Positions 1 to 13,622 are shown, counted from the first letter of the stretch. The stretch is 55,315 nucleotides of DNA from Tilletiaria anomala UBC 951 (GCF_000711695.1 NW_013547016.1:310001-365315); one strand, 5' to 3'. The notes: generated by a model not told the origin, from the sequence alone. Translations and numbers: made by a program.

Positions 1-3000
1 GGCGGACTGACGGCAACTGGCATGCTCACGGGCGGCCTGCAGCCTGCGCCGACCAGCAAGTCGGGCCTCACCGGTGACCTGACGGGCACCGGCGCGACGG
101 ATACGATGGGCAAGCTTAAGAGCGGTGGCGACCCGCTGGCGGACATCGACCCACTCGGGACGGACATGCAGATCGACTTCAACGCCGTCGGCGGGCTCGA
201 TGCGCACATCGAGCAGCTGAAGGAGATGGTCACGCTGCCGCTCCTATACCCGGAGCTCTTTCAACGCTTCAAGATCACCCCCCCGCGCGGTGTCCTTTTC
301 CACGGCCCGCCGGGGACCGGCAAGACGCTTGTCGCGCGCGCGCTCGCGGCCAGCTGCAGCTCCGAGGGCCAGCGCATCTCGTTCTTCATGCGCAAGGGCG
401 CCGACGTCCTCTCCAAGTGGGTGGGCGAGGCAGAGCGCCAGCTGCGCCTGCTGTTTGAGGAGGCCAAAAACGCGCAGCCGTCCATCATTTTTTTTGACGA
501 GATCGACGGCCTCGCGCCCGTGCGTAGCAGCAAGCAGGACCAGATCCACGCCTCAATCGTCTCCACGCTCCTCGCACTCATGGACGGCATGGATGGCCGC
601 GGCCAAGTAGTCGTCATCGGCGCCACAAACCGACCGGATAGCGTCGACCCCGCGCTGCGCCGGCCCGGGCGCTTCGACCGCGAGTTCTACTTCCCCCTCC
701 CGTCCAAGGATGCGCGCCGCAAGATCCTCGACATACACACTAGCAAGTGGGACCCGCCCCTCCATCCCGAGTTCAAGGACCGCCTCGCGGAGCTAACGAA
801 GGGATATGGCGGCGCCGACATGCGCGCGCTCTGCACCGAGGCGGCGCTCAACGCCATCCAGCGGCGGTATCCGCAGATCTACCAGACCACAGATCGGCTG
901 CTGCTTAAGCCCGAGAGCGTCACGGTCGAGGCCAAGGACTTTATGATGTCTATTAACAGTATGCAGCGCCTTTCTGCTCCTCTACACCCATCCTTCCGTG
1001 GCTGACTTCTTTGTGTATTCGTCTTTTGCAGAAATTGTACCCTCATCGGCTAGGTCGGCTTCTTCGGCAGCTGCGCCCTTGCCCAATCATCTAAAACCTC
1101 TCCTATCCCAAATTACGCAGCAAGCTTGTGCTGCGCTCGACAAGATCCTGCCAGAAACGTCAAAGAGAACTGCTCTCGAAGAAGCGTTATGGGAAGACGC
1201 TCCGGCAGCAAGAGAGCAAGCCAGTACTTCGACCGATGTAGAATCAGCAGCAACAGGGCCTGCAACTATATCCGACTACGGCTTTGGGCGAGAAATGCTG
1301 CTTCAGTCCTTTCAGAACATGCGCGTCTTTCGACCTCGCTTACTCGTTCATGGGCGGAATGGTATGGGTCAGCGAATAGTCGGCGCAGCCATGCTGCAGC
1401 ATCTCGAAGGCTACCATGTGCAGTCGATCGATGTTGCCACACTTATGGGCGACAGCACGCGCACGCCGGAAGCGTCAGCGATCCAACTCTTCACTGAAGC
1501 GAAACGACACAAGCCAAGCGTGCTGTTCATTCCTGGCTTGGCTCACTGGGCCAAGACCGTTTCCGAAAGTGTCCGCAGTACCGTCAAAGCTCTTTTAGAC
1601 GGACTGTCTCCATCGGATCCGGTGCTGCTGCTCGGCATCTCCGAGGCGCCGCTTTCGCAGCTCCCGCGGGATGTACGCTCATGGTTCGGCCTTCTGCGCG
1701 AGAACCGCATCGAGATCACTAGACCAAGCTGCAAACAGCGCGAAGAATTCTTCAGAGAGGTCATAGAGCATGTCTCGCGTCGCCCGACCGATTTCCCTGA
1801 TGCTGTGCCCCGCAGGAAAAAAGTGCTTGAAAAGCTTCCTATCGCGCCACCGCGTCCACCGCGAGAGCCGACAGCTGCGGAGCTGCAGCAGCAAGCGGAG
1901 AACGATGCACGGCTCCTCGAACATCTCAAGTATCGCCTTGGACCCGTCCTGAATGAACTGAGAAAGAAATATAAGGTGTTCACAAAGGATGTTTGGGTAA
2001 GTTGCTCACAGGCATCCTACGAAACAGCATGGAAGCCGCTCGGAAACTGATCACTTTTTTCGTTGCGTCGTGCAGGACGAATACAATTTCCAATACCTGA
2101 CGGACAACTTCAAGCATTGGAAAGGAAAAGGCAGCTGGATCTTCATGTTGCCATATGAGCGGACAGAGGAGCAGATTGAAGAGCTTCGGCGAGCAAGGGC
2201 TGCTGCGGCAGCGACTGCGGCCGAGGTGGCAATAGCTCCGGAAGAACCAGCGGCTCGTGAGGGTCCTACCGTGAATGGGCATGCGGATCCCAACGAGGTC
2301 CAAGCCGGTGCAGCCAACAACTCTGGAGCAGTCGATGTCAGCATGAGAGGCCCAGAGCCTGCTGACGTTGGCAAAGTGGAACCAGACGCTGCTGGCCCCG
2401 CTCCAGAGGAAGAAGAGGAAGACCTGAGGATATCCTGGGAGAACACAACCCTGTGGACTATGTCCCTCGAGAAAATGCAGAAAAAGCTCTATTATGACGC
2501 CTACTACTGTGTTTCCGACTTCCTCGATGATCTTCAAAAAGTGGTCCACAATGCGGAGGCAGCCGAGTCGGTCGACGCGGAGCGAGCGGTCAAGGCGCGT
2601 CAGATGGGCAACTTGGCACACATCATGCTCGATCAATTTGTCGACCCCGCTTTCCGAGCCGAGTGCGAGCTCATGGCAGTGCGCAACAAAGCGCGTGAAG
2701 AAGATGCAAGGAAAGCGGCTGAGAATGTTAATGGCCATAAGCGAAGGGAAGCACGCAGACTCTCGGGCCCCGTCGTGCAAGAGCGACACAGTGCCCGACA
2801 AGCAGGTGAGCAACCGCAACATCGGTACCCGGTCGATGTGACAAAAATCGAGAGGGAGGCGAATCTCGAGCGCAAGCGCACGCGTGATAGCGGGTCAGAC
2901 TGTTCAAGGAGCCACGATTCCACAAGGGGCCAGAAACGAGCTAAGACATCAGATGCCAAGAGGGACGCCGTCGCTCCAGGGACACTTGCACCTTGCGTGC

Positions 3001-3632
3001 CCCCAGTCCTGCCATTCGAGGCGGCAAGCGCCTTGGAGCCGACAGTGGTCGCTGGCGCTTCCGCACGCGTCGACAACCAGGCCCCAATGACGCCATCCGC
3101 AGCAGAGTTGCTTATGGACATCAACCAGCTCTTATCATCGAACCCTGCAGATGTTCCTGTCGCTGGTACGGCTCCACTTGTCGCGCAAGCGGTAGGAGCT
3201 ACAGCATCACCGGCTCTATGTCTTATCAATCAGCCTCCATTCGACAACTTAAAAGTCGTGCCTGGCACGGCCGCACACCTCGAACTTGTACCGCAGCAGA
3301 CCGCACCGTCTCTACCTGAGCGCGGACTCAGCCCAGCGCCCAAAGAGGTTGAGTCGGAACCAGTGCTGGAGCCGGAGCCCGAACCACCCGTCGTACATCC
3401 ACCCTTTCATCTCACGGCCGCATCCAAACAAGCCCTGCAGCGCGATTTAATCGCTCAAACAGAGGGAATGAGCATTGAAGAGCTGGTTCAAGTACGGGCC
3501 GCATGCTTCGATGCCATCTGGCGCAGTCGCTCGCAGTGGAATCGGGAGGGGCTGGTGTTGGAGTTAATGGACATAGTAAAGGAAATGGCCTCCATGGCTG
3601 GCCAGACTGATGAAGAGGACGAGCAAATGTAG
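1..3632 (+). CDS. YTA7: Yta7/ATAD2-like AAA+ ATPase histone chaperone with degenerate bromodomain; probably 5' partial. Exons about <1-958, 1032-1996, 2076-3632
   Basis: Walker A GPPGTGKT, family-typical FFMRKGADVLSKWVGEAERQLRLLF, Walker B IIFFDEID and SRH ALRRPGRFDREF. A second degenerate AAA domain follows (FRPRLLVHG..GMGQ), then a bromodomain-like segment (YYCVSDFLDDLQKVVHNA). Introns GTATGC..GCAG (959-1031) and GTAAGT..GCAG (1997-2075) join the three ORFs in frame. Confidence 0.95.
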
Positions 3633-3806
3633 CATACATTGTTGGAAGCCAACCACGATGCATGAGTGTCCTCGCATCACATTGATGTCACTTCAGGTTC
3701 GCCTTGGATGGAGCCTTTCATCTGGAGTCCCAATTGGAGAATTAAATAGATAAACTAAGGGTGGACGAATCACCACGTACATATGCAGCCACTTCTTTGA
3801 CTTTAC

Positions 3807-5802
3807 CTACAGCCGCTTGCTGAAAAACTCGCGGATGCTTGCCTCGGTGACGACCTCGCCAGTGGCAGCATGCGGGCGCAGGTGGGCGTACAGCTCATCA
3901 CGAAAGCGTGTGTAAGCGCCCATGGTCTCCAGCAGTCTTTCGCGCGGTAAACGTGAGAGCGCGGCGACTCCTAGGTCGTAGGTCGATGCGTTGGATGCTG
4001 AACCTGCTGTCTCGGATGCGTTGCTAGCTTCGGAAACGGGCGGCGAGTACGTTTCTTCCTCGTCGAGTACGAAAGGGAGGGACGACCACCGTGGCAAGCA
4101 CTGCAGAGAGTCCGATGATGAAAGTCAGAATAATTTAGATCATCTCCTCGAGAAAGAACCCTCCTTGACTTACAGTATGACACCGGCAAATGCGCTCCCG
4201 GAAATTGCTCGCGAGGTAAATATCGTATCGTGGTTGACCTTGTTTTCGATCACGCAAGACAGAGGGCACAACATTGATGAGTGGCGGCAAGCTGCACGAA
4301 CCTGTTCGAGTCGACAGAGCGGTATCATGGTTCGATACAGTTTCCGCATCAGTCTTGTCTTCCGCCTTTGGCTTCTTTCCTGTCTGCGGCCCTTGTCCCA
4401 GATCATCTTCAGCCTTTCGCTTCTCTCGTACCGTAACGACGTCGACCGTCGACGCATTTGCCGGTGCCGAGGACGATGGGGCTGCGGTTGAGCTAGTAGG
4501 TGGATGCTCTTTTTCCGCCGCAGCTGCCACCACTGTACCTTGCGAAGTCTCAGCCTCTTCTTCACCATGAAATAACACATCTGGGCTGATTCCGACAATA
4601 GCAATCTCGCGCTTCCGTTGCAATGCTGGACAGCTTGTACCGCCGAACTCAATGTAAGTGATGGGCAATCGGTCCCTTTCCTTCGGTCTCAAGCCCTGTT
4701 GCCTCTCAAGAGACACATCGGATGCGCTGGCTGGCGTCGAATTGGAAACTACGGGCTTCTCATCCTGCAGCGAGGTTGACGGGGCGGAGGCAGATGCGTT
4801 GGCGACGGAGAGCGCTTCGACGGGTAGGACGCTGCTGAATCCTCGGGCGCCAATGTAATGCAGCAGGATGGAGTTCTTGGGGTTTAGCACGCAGTCGGAG
4901 CAGATGAGCATGTCAAAGAGGTCTTGTTCGATAAGCGGCGCTCCACGACTAACTTCGAGCGGCGCGCTGCCGGAGCCCAGCTGCGCTGAGTCGGAAGCGC
5001 CGGATAGCTGGTCGCCGTTCTCTGCACTCGTTGGGTTCGAAAGCACAGGGACCAGCGATGTACACGCTTCGTGGAACCATTCCTCACACGCCAAGCACTG
5101 AAACATGGCCTGCAAAGTGGCTCCAGTGTCAGTGCGAGTCGATTCAGGCGGCACACGTGATGGGGAATATCATCAGGAAGGTCCACTCACCTCATCTTCG
5201 ACATTCGGATCATATGCTTTTCCCTTTTCACAATAGCAAAATCTTCCGTCAAAGTTCTGACTGTATATGTTTTCGTCGTTTTCTGGGTCGTATCCAGGCT
5301 TTCGAATCGTGCATGCAGGGTATTCTGCCGGTACACCGTCTGGATGCTGGCGGAACATGCCTGGAGTGCCGCAGTCGCACCGGAAAGAGCGTTTTGCGAA
5401 GAGCTCGATGAGTTCGTGATCTAGTGAAGGACGTAAATGTGTAAAAAGCTTCGTCAGACTCCCTCTTTGAGAGGCACTGTGAGGGCCGTTCTTGAGCTTA
5501 CCCGCATGGCAGCCCAGGCTACAATGAGCGCACACGCCTCCTCCTCCGCATGTCCGACAAGCATATACTGGCTGTCTGATGTACCCTTTGGAATGCGTGC
5601 AAGAGCCTAGACCGAATGGAATGGCTGCGTGTGCCTCCGCCTCCAGCTGCGCTTGCCGTGCGATCAGGTCGGATGCGGTGAAAGCGCGTTCAGCTTCTGG
5701 GAGCTCGGGGGCAGGCAGGAACGGGTCTGGCAGTCCAGCTAGCAGAGCCGCAGCGGCTCCGCGCTTCGTTGGCGACTTGGACGGCGACCTGGAGAACGAC
5801 AT
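3807..5802 (-). CDS. UBR7: UBR7/Mlo2-like UBR-box + PHD putative E3 ubiquitin ligase. Exons 5802-5502, 5420-5191, 5109-4174, 4100-3807
   Basis: UBR zinc finger CTHSKGYIRQPVYACRTC..CAHCSLGCH-DHELIELFAKRSFRCDCG, then NIYSQNFDGRFCYC and PHD-like MFQCLACEEWFHEAC. C-terminal CRCHTC..EEETYSPP..VVTEASIREFF matches the family. Canonical splice sites restore the frame. Confidence 0.9.
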
Positions 5803-8800
5803 GGCTTTGCGGTCTGATTAAGGTCTAAAAGCTCTTGCTACGATCGTCTTCAGCTGGAACGACACGCTTCACAAAGTGCTGCGTCCGTTGACAAGCCAGC
5901 GATGGCAATTGGGGCAGTATGAGGTGTTGTGAAGTGACGTTCTCTCCACTTATCAGCGCGTATCTCTCACACGCCGCGATACGACGCATTTCCTCACTTG
6001 GAGCCAAAAAGGGAAGATAAAAGAGCCAAAACCACCTTCACTCTCAGGCCAAGCCAGAATTTCCTAAGATGGCTCTCATCCTGGTCGGGCAACAGGAATT
6101 GAGCACCGAGCGTCAGAGGTTACGGGTCGGACCCATCACATACGCTATCTCATCGAGAAAGGATAAAAGGCCATTGGGGACGTGCGAAGAAAGAAAGGGG
6201 GGCCTACCGCTAGTGTCCATTCACGCTTAAATACGGTACTCGGGACGCCGTGGTGCTCGTTTCAATCCCACAGCCACGAATCCATGGCTCATCGACAGAA
6301 AATGCAACGCCATGAAAAAGTAAAGTGGATCTGTCCACGACCAGTGCGCTTGCCACGGCCCCGAAAAAGTCTGCTAGCAAGTCAAGGACCGGTTGACACC
6401 CTTCCTGGACAATTATCACTCCTCGATGTTCGCTCGATGCGGCGACGACAGGACAACGGCTGCTCTCTCCGCAGACAACTCCCCCTGAGCGAGCACGATA
6501 CGACGCGAACACTGACCTCGCAGCACAGCTCTACGTAGCCATCCAACGATCTGCGGTGCGCTGACCTCTTGAGGCCGGCAACCAGCTTGTCAAGGGTCGC
6601 ACATTGATCCGTGGTGAATTTGGCGATTCCTCAGCGACAAGACCAGGAGAAGGCTCAGATGGGCGAGTGTTGGGCCGGTAACCCTACTGCTGTTTTTGAG
6701 ATATAGTATACTCCGCAGGCTCATTCTAGTTTGATCATGTTCATAATACGTGGTCAAATGAGCGTTTAAGCGTTGATTGGCACCAAAACGCCATCCTCTC
6801 TTTCCGATTGAGTTGCAGCAAAATGCTAAATGATGGAAATGTGAGAATTGAAGAGTCACTGCCGACGGTCAACTGCGCAATCCCAATGGAAGCCGTTGAA
6901 GTGAATCGTATGCAATGACGGTTAGCCCTGTCTGATCACCGATAAAATCATCTGCGTGTCTCATCGCATATTACATCTGCGAGCAGAACTAGAACGGCTT
7001 TGTTTCTCACCTGACACACCTTGTTGTACCTTTTTTGCACGATTTATGCAAGTACTTAACTTGAACCAAAGAGGCTTCATCCAGGCGAGGAGCCACACCG
7101 TGCCAATCTATCATGTTGAACGACTTCCGCGAGGCCTCGGTCGCTCTCCCTTCGCAATCGTTGCCCTCTCTTCCTTCCTTAAGCTCCCATTCCTCCCCAA
7201 GGACAGCAGGATCACTGGCGCAATTAATCGAGGCGAAATTCTTTTCGCAAGCGGGAGAGATCAATTCGGATGCATAGCGAGATTCGCTACGCTCAAAGGG
7301 GTGAGCGTTGAAAAAGGCTACTCCGGAACTCGCGCAAAGATTGCTGGACAGCTCACTGGACCCGGGTGCTTTGCGACGCTGAGCAATGAGGAGATGAAGA
7401 GCTCGGAAATGCGGCAGGAAAATGAAGCTATAAGACAAGCTAGTGGGTGTAAACAAATAAATTTGTAGTCCTCGCACGCCTCCCCGAGTTTATACCTCTC
7501 TGTCCGTCTCTCCACAGCCTTGCGAAGCATCATCAGCGTTTCTCCCAGTGACGGCGATTCCATTCCAATTGCAGGCACAGCAGATGGAGTGGGCATGCAG
7601 CGCATCGTAGGCGTTGGTATGCACCTATAGAACGCGGGAGAAGACGAACAGGGCCTCTTAAATTAGACCGCCTAAGGCAAATTTATCGCGCAGTCGCAGC
7701 CAAAAGAAGGGGAGAACATGAAATGGATCGAGTTCCACACCGGCGATGCTCTTTGAGAAACATCACGCAGAGGCATACTCCCCACATAGCAGCTGGCACG
7801 AACATTTCAAACATGTTTATGTCGTACTTCTGGGAGAAATGCGCGGCGTGTACGATCGCGGACGACGATGAGAATCGTTTGCAAGAACGCCTCGGAAGGG
7901 CGGATGGGCCTAAGGCGCCTAGGGGGGACACTTGTGTGTCGTTGGGCATTGTGAATAGTCTCGAGGTCTGGTGCGTGCTGATTACCCATACCGTTGGCCC
8001 GCTGATGCGGCTTACCTCGTCTACCTCGGAGAGCAGGACTCGGAACGAAACCCAGTCAGCACCGGCTAATGTCCTAAACGATGTGTTATAGCTTGGTATT
8101 CCTTCGTCCTCAAACCTTATCGAGCAGCTCCGAGAGTTGGCACGCACGCTTTCATTCGTGCCATGGAAATGCTCTTCGACAATTATTGCAGAGTTGAAGC
8201 TTTCACACAGCTGAGATCCCTTGAAAATTTGAACGAAAGGCGTGCCAGCCTTCGTCACTCGTGAAGAAGCTGGACATGGTCTGAGCTATCAAGAGCCTAA
8301 AGCATCAAAATCTTAAAACACTCCAAGTCCGGCCGGCATTTCAATTTGGCGCGTAGGCGGACAGTGCGCAGCAGCTGCTTGTCGCGGGTGAATTTGAGAT
8401 ACTAGACGGTTACTCTGTGATTTTAGAATGCAAGCCAGTGGACACGCTTACCGAGCGGCTCTATATTGCATGGACAAAACAATTGTGATTGCCATGGTCC
8501 AACATCCTCTTTCGTTTTCCCGTGCCTCACTTTTGCTCTTTGCAATGACATCTACGCTCGGCTCTCTGCAATTTCCTTACCACACGAAGCCTTCATCATC
8601 AATATGCCAATGATTATCACCGTGGAGATGAATAGCAGTAACCTCGTAGTTGTGCTGTATTGAGCAGTAGCGATCAGCCAGAAGTGAGGGGCAGGCCCCC
8701 ACACAGGTCACACAGCGCTATCCAGCGCCAGCCTATATGAAGCGAATAGAGCCGAGGCTCTAGAGTTGGGATAACCCTACTTTGCCCTTGAGAAGTCGTT

Positions 8801-9257
8801 CAGAGCCGAAGAAACTCATAGTTGCTTCAAAGCCACTCCCCAACGTCACACAGTCAGCAAAGCGCGGATTTGCCATTTTCAGTTGCGTGTCACACTGCCA
8901 ACCTCACAATGTCGAACCCTATTTGATAACTTTCTAAGAATCTGTATGTGGTCTGATAAAACCCACGAATCCCCCCTAACGGTTCATGAATGACTCCACA
9001 CTTCCATTTCTAATGAGTCACGGAACACCGACTTCGAGATCAACTTGCTTGCCTTGGGACTTGGAATGGTCTTGCCCTTTGGGTAGGTGACTCGAATCTT
9101 GATGCGAAGTGTGCGCTTTGCTCTCTGTGCACCTCACCGGGCAAACATCGGTCGAGAATTTACGGGGACGTGACAATCGGTTGAGCGGCAGCACGGGCTC
9201 ATTGTGCTGCACATACGACCTCCTCACCAGAGTCGGTTGGGACAGAAGGAGCTGGCA

Positions 9258-12120
9258 ATGCCGTCAACAACAGGCCCATTCATTGCTGACGAAGACTGCG
9301 CATGTACAACTTCAGACATGGAAGGGGAGGCACCCGATTTGGATGGCATTCACCGTGGAACGGACGGAGATCCATTCTTTTCTGCGCTGCCCAACCTTCA
9401 TCATCCACCGGGGGTAAGAGATGATGCGGTACAGGGCGGCACGGAACCATCCGCAACTACAAAGACGTCGAGAACAACGGGAAATACTGCTCTTCTAGCT
9501 TCGTCATCTTCTTCGTTAGCAGCGTTTGCTGCAGTCAATGACCGTTCGAAAGGTGACATGCAAGATGAGGATGAATACCCGTTCTACACTGGCGCTGACA
9601 TCGTCGTCATATCGGGTGGATCGGGTTACAATAATCTTGTCAGCGCCACACCTAATGCGACGTACATCATGCCCGTTAGCGATAATGGCGGTGAGCGCTC
9701 AACGCGCCATTCTCAGCTTCGCTCTACAGCTGGAGACACTCTCGTATCATGGCTGACACATCGTGACACCTTCTATGGTGCGATCAGGGTCATCAAGCGA
9801 GATCATTCGCGTGCTAGGTGGCCCGTCGATCGGTGACTTGCGCTCCCGTTTGGTCCGTCTCATTCCTCTTCCACAGACGAATCCAGCACACTCCGCCACC
9901 TCCTCACCACGAGGAGCACGCCCTAGTGATTCCCCTACGTTACTAAAGACACCGACCGTCTCTGGCTCCAAAGGCCGATTTCTTCCTCTTTCGCCTTTCT
10001 CGCCGCCCCCTCCAGCGCCATTAGCACCTCCCGTACCTCAATCGAATCTCGCACTTCACGCCCTACTGTCATACCGCCTGCCCACCACAGGCCCGACGCG
10101 CGACATCAAGCAAGAATGGCTCGATATCCTCGAAGGACGCCACAAGCTCTGGAAGGGGATCGAACATGAGCGCAAAGAGTGCATACGTGGGTTCCTGGTG
10201 CATTTCGAGAGTGAGATATTACGACGTGCGCACAGAAATTTCAATTTTCGCGGAGGGAGCGTTGGAAATTTCTTTCTCGCGTAAGCCTGTCCTCGGATTC
10301 CCTTCTTGCTTGTGCTGTTGCGCTGAATTGAGCATTACAAAATTGCCTCTGTCCCATCTTCCTGCTTTCAGCGCTGGGCAAAAGTTCTTCCGCTCGATAC
10401 AGTCCTCCATCTTTCTCTTCAGTGCCGTATCGTTGATCAATGGCGCAAATGTCGCCGGTCAGTACGGTAGCACAGCGGTGGGCGCAATGGTGGGAGCGAA
10501 AGTGATCCCCGTCATCAATACGAATCACACAGCTACCATCGCTGCAGAGCTTAGAAGCGGAGACGTGTGAGTTGCCGCTCGTGCAAACACAGTGCTAGTG
10601 CTGTGCCAATCCCTCGAAAGTGAAAATAGAGCCTCGTTCGTATGTAGTGCGTCGCTAGCTTCCTAGTCTTTTCCATTTTATGGCGGAAAGGCGAATCGGT
10701 TAGGCGGCAATTATGCAAAAGACTAGGGGCATTGCACGAAGGTTTGCTTGCTTGAGGCTTTATTACCGCATCCCGGGCCGACATCAACTGGTATCAGTGC
10801 GCTGACCCTATCACGCGATCATACAGTATTGTCGGTCAATGCGAGATCTCACACCCTGTTGCCCCGGTCACGCATCAGCCGAAAAACATTTCACATTCTT
10901 CTACCGTGAGGAACCGCGGTGGTATCGACCCAGCTACCCTCAAACGCCTCGACACCTCGTGGCACTCAAGCCCTAGCGCCAGCGGACAACCGGGCACGCC
11001 TTCGTCGGTCATCTTCGACCCTTTCCACTCGCTCAGCATCGGTGGAGGCGCTGGAGATGGAGTGGGCGGAGACTTGACGAGTGGTGCAGGCACGCCGGCT
11101 GTCGTGGGCCAATCAGTACACCTACAGGCAAAAGAGCGCGAACGTTCGCGGAGAATGCACACAGTCGGGAATACCGGCGATGGTTTGGATCCTGAGGATG
11201 CAGATGTTGTCCCCACTGCCTTGGCTGAGGCTGACGGTGAAGCTGGTGCAGGAGAGTGTGAGTTGGAAGAAACGGGGAACATCGTCTTCAACAAGGAAAA
11301 TGATGGCGAAAGAGAGGAGATATTGCCAAGTCCTATCGAGAGTGAGTGGTAGCTGATGCTGTCTACTAATGACGCACACCTTTGACTCTGCTCACTTTCA
11401 AATAGGAGTCTTTTACGTCAATGCATACCGTAACGAGATCTCAGCGGCTCCGAATCCGTCCTACATTTCGAGCCTCGCCCACGCGCGCACACTTGTCTAC
11501 TCTTGCGGGTCACTCTGGACCTCTATCGTACCTTGCATAGCATTACGTGGCGTGGCGACCGCAATCGCGCGCTCGGCATCGCTCAAGCACAAGGTACTGC
11601 TGCTGAATTCAAAATGGGATCGCGAGACGCAAGGCATGACCGCGCTTGATTTTATCTACGCACTCGTCAGTAGCCTCAACAGCACAGATGGAGATGAGGT
11701 CAGCAGAGTACTGCGTGACCGTGGTTTTAGCGGCGCCCAGCTGACAGGATCAGATGAAAGTGACATGGAAGCGAACACACGTACGAAGGCGGACCAAGGA
11801 ATTCACAATCGACCCCCAACACCGCAACACGCCTGGACGGCATTTGCAGGAAAAGGATACGCGGCGCGGGAACTTGTCAGCTGCCTCGTTTGCCTTGAGG
11901 GTGGACGCATCCCGGTAGAGACCGCGGAGATCGAGGAGCTGGGGATTCGCGTCATTAAAGTCCAGGGCCGGGCAAAGAAAGAAGGTGGCGTGCCCATGTT
12001 CACGGAGCAAGGTTAGGACTGCTGCCTCGCTATTTGCAATGCGTAGTGCTGATGATTCTTTTTCATTTTCCCTATCCATCAGCTATTCGCAAAGCACTAC
12101 ATCTCGTCGGCAAAACATGA
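9258..12120 (+). CDS. CofD/YvcK (UPF0052) family protein, YNL011C-like. Exons 9258-9690, 9788-10280, 10372-10566, 10827-11341, 11406-12011, 12083-12120
   Basis: Spliced product contains ISGGSGYN, PVSDNGGSSSEIIRVLGGPSIGDLRSRL, FNFRGGSVGNFFLA, VIVGQCEISHP, YSCGSLWTSIVPC and LLNSKWDRET, all typical of fungal/plant UPF0052 proteins. Five GT-AG introns were checked for frame. Confidence 0.9.
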
Positions 12121-12244
12121 AATAATCTTCCAAATAATCTTGTACGATCAGATTTCCAAGATGTTGTTCTCTTTCACATGCGCATACTCGTTGTATGATC
12201 AATTAAAAGTCCCATGCCATTTACTTGAGACACCCACACTTCAT

Positions 12245-13622
12245 CTAAGTACGGCTAAGAGTGCTGAACATATTCCTGTGCGCCAGAAAATACTTCGATC
12301 AGCATCGGTGTAGTGGTCAATTCACGGAGTACAGAGGTCAGTTACAATGACTCACCAAGCCATCGACCCTTCGGGTAATTTAAAAGTTTGTGCGAATCTT
12401 TCGTGTGATTTCACTGCACCGAGCGCGACAAATACGGCTGGAGGTAGAACCGATCCGTTCAGTTTCAAGATCGAGCACAGAGTGACACAGATCGGCACGC
12501 ACGCAAAAGATGTTCAGCCGTAGGGTGGGCCTTCTTGTAGTCGCTTCTGTTCAACAAATCTTTCGCCGCCTGCCATCTACTATCTTCGTCTACGTCCCTC
12601 GCCGCCTCATTGCCTACTTGCGCTTGCTTGGCCTTGGGCTCCGCGCCAACCGCATTTCCGAGTGCTTCCGCGAAGCTCTTTGCGTAAGACGCATACACGC
12701 CCTTGTCGCGGCTTGGAGATGAATTTTGTCCTGCGGCAGATTCGATGTCCAAGTACAGGAAAAGCTCTCGTAGATTGTGGACGGCCATGCCACTCGCAAA
12801 AATACCGATGCCGTGCTGCGTGCGTAAGGTGCGAAGCGCGACACCGAGTCGGAGGGACGCTTCCGGGTCGTCAGACGGTGGAAGTGAGACCTGCAGCAAT
12901 GGAAGAGTAGAAGGTAGCGCAGACACGACCTTAGCTGATTTTAGTTCGGACCATCCACCATTGCTCGCCTCCAAGGACGATGGAGCGAAAGCGACTTTGA
13001 GAGGAACAAAAGCACCGTGGTCCAATCCTCTGCTCGTGGGAACCGCTTTGTGCAGAGAGAGAGACGGATTTGACTGTGTTGAAAGAGCGTGGTTCAGCTC
13101 AGAAAGGACCAGCGTCGAAAAAGCGGATGGATTGTGAGATTTGACCTTGACGGTGTACTGTAAACACAGATGTGGGCTTCCCAATTAGTCATCTTACGAT
13201 TCCCGTCTTGTGCATGCCACTTGTGGAGATGATTACCTACATAATGGTCTGGAAAACCAAAGAAATCGTAGTAGAGCGGGTTCCTTTCATTTGTGTTCAC
13301 TTCGAGAACACCGGCGATGGTGCTCTGCCAATGAGCACTGATAGCGATCAAGCCTTTCAGCCCTCCATTTCCATCATTGTGTTCCTTGCGTATTTCTTGA
13401 CCGAATTTCTCCCATTCGGCGTAGGCTGGGTGCGACGGGTCGAACATGGCTAAATGAAAGTATGGTCGGCAACTTAGTCAGCCGGTGAAACCTCAAAATG
13501 GAGCTACCAGTTCAGCCAGCGCGCATTGACTTACTGGGTGGGCCACCATGGGAGATGAACCATACGGGCGCAACGTACCCAGCGGCACCATTGCCGTTCG
13601 TAGTTTGGCTCTTTTTTGACAT
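12245..13622 (-). CDS. LigB-family (class III) extradiol ring-cleavage dioxygenase, DODA/YgiD-like; multi-exon
   Basis: Motifs WFISHGGPPTMFD (spliced), ISAHW, LYYDFFGFP, RGLDHGAFVPL, SGMAVHNL and AHPTAEHLLPVFVALGA (spliced). The metal-binding His residues are present. Confidence 0.9.

Noticed and set aside
3807..3830. C-terminal SKRL of UBR7 as a peroxisomal PTS1; cryptic TGA-CTA readthrough at other stops
   Set aside because: KRL is not a canonical PTS1, and none of the stop codons I checked has the TGA-CTA context.
10567..10826. TPP riboswitch as the explanation for the structured intron
   Set aside because: The conserved CUGAGA and CUGAU..UAAU..CG aptamer elements are absent.
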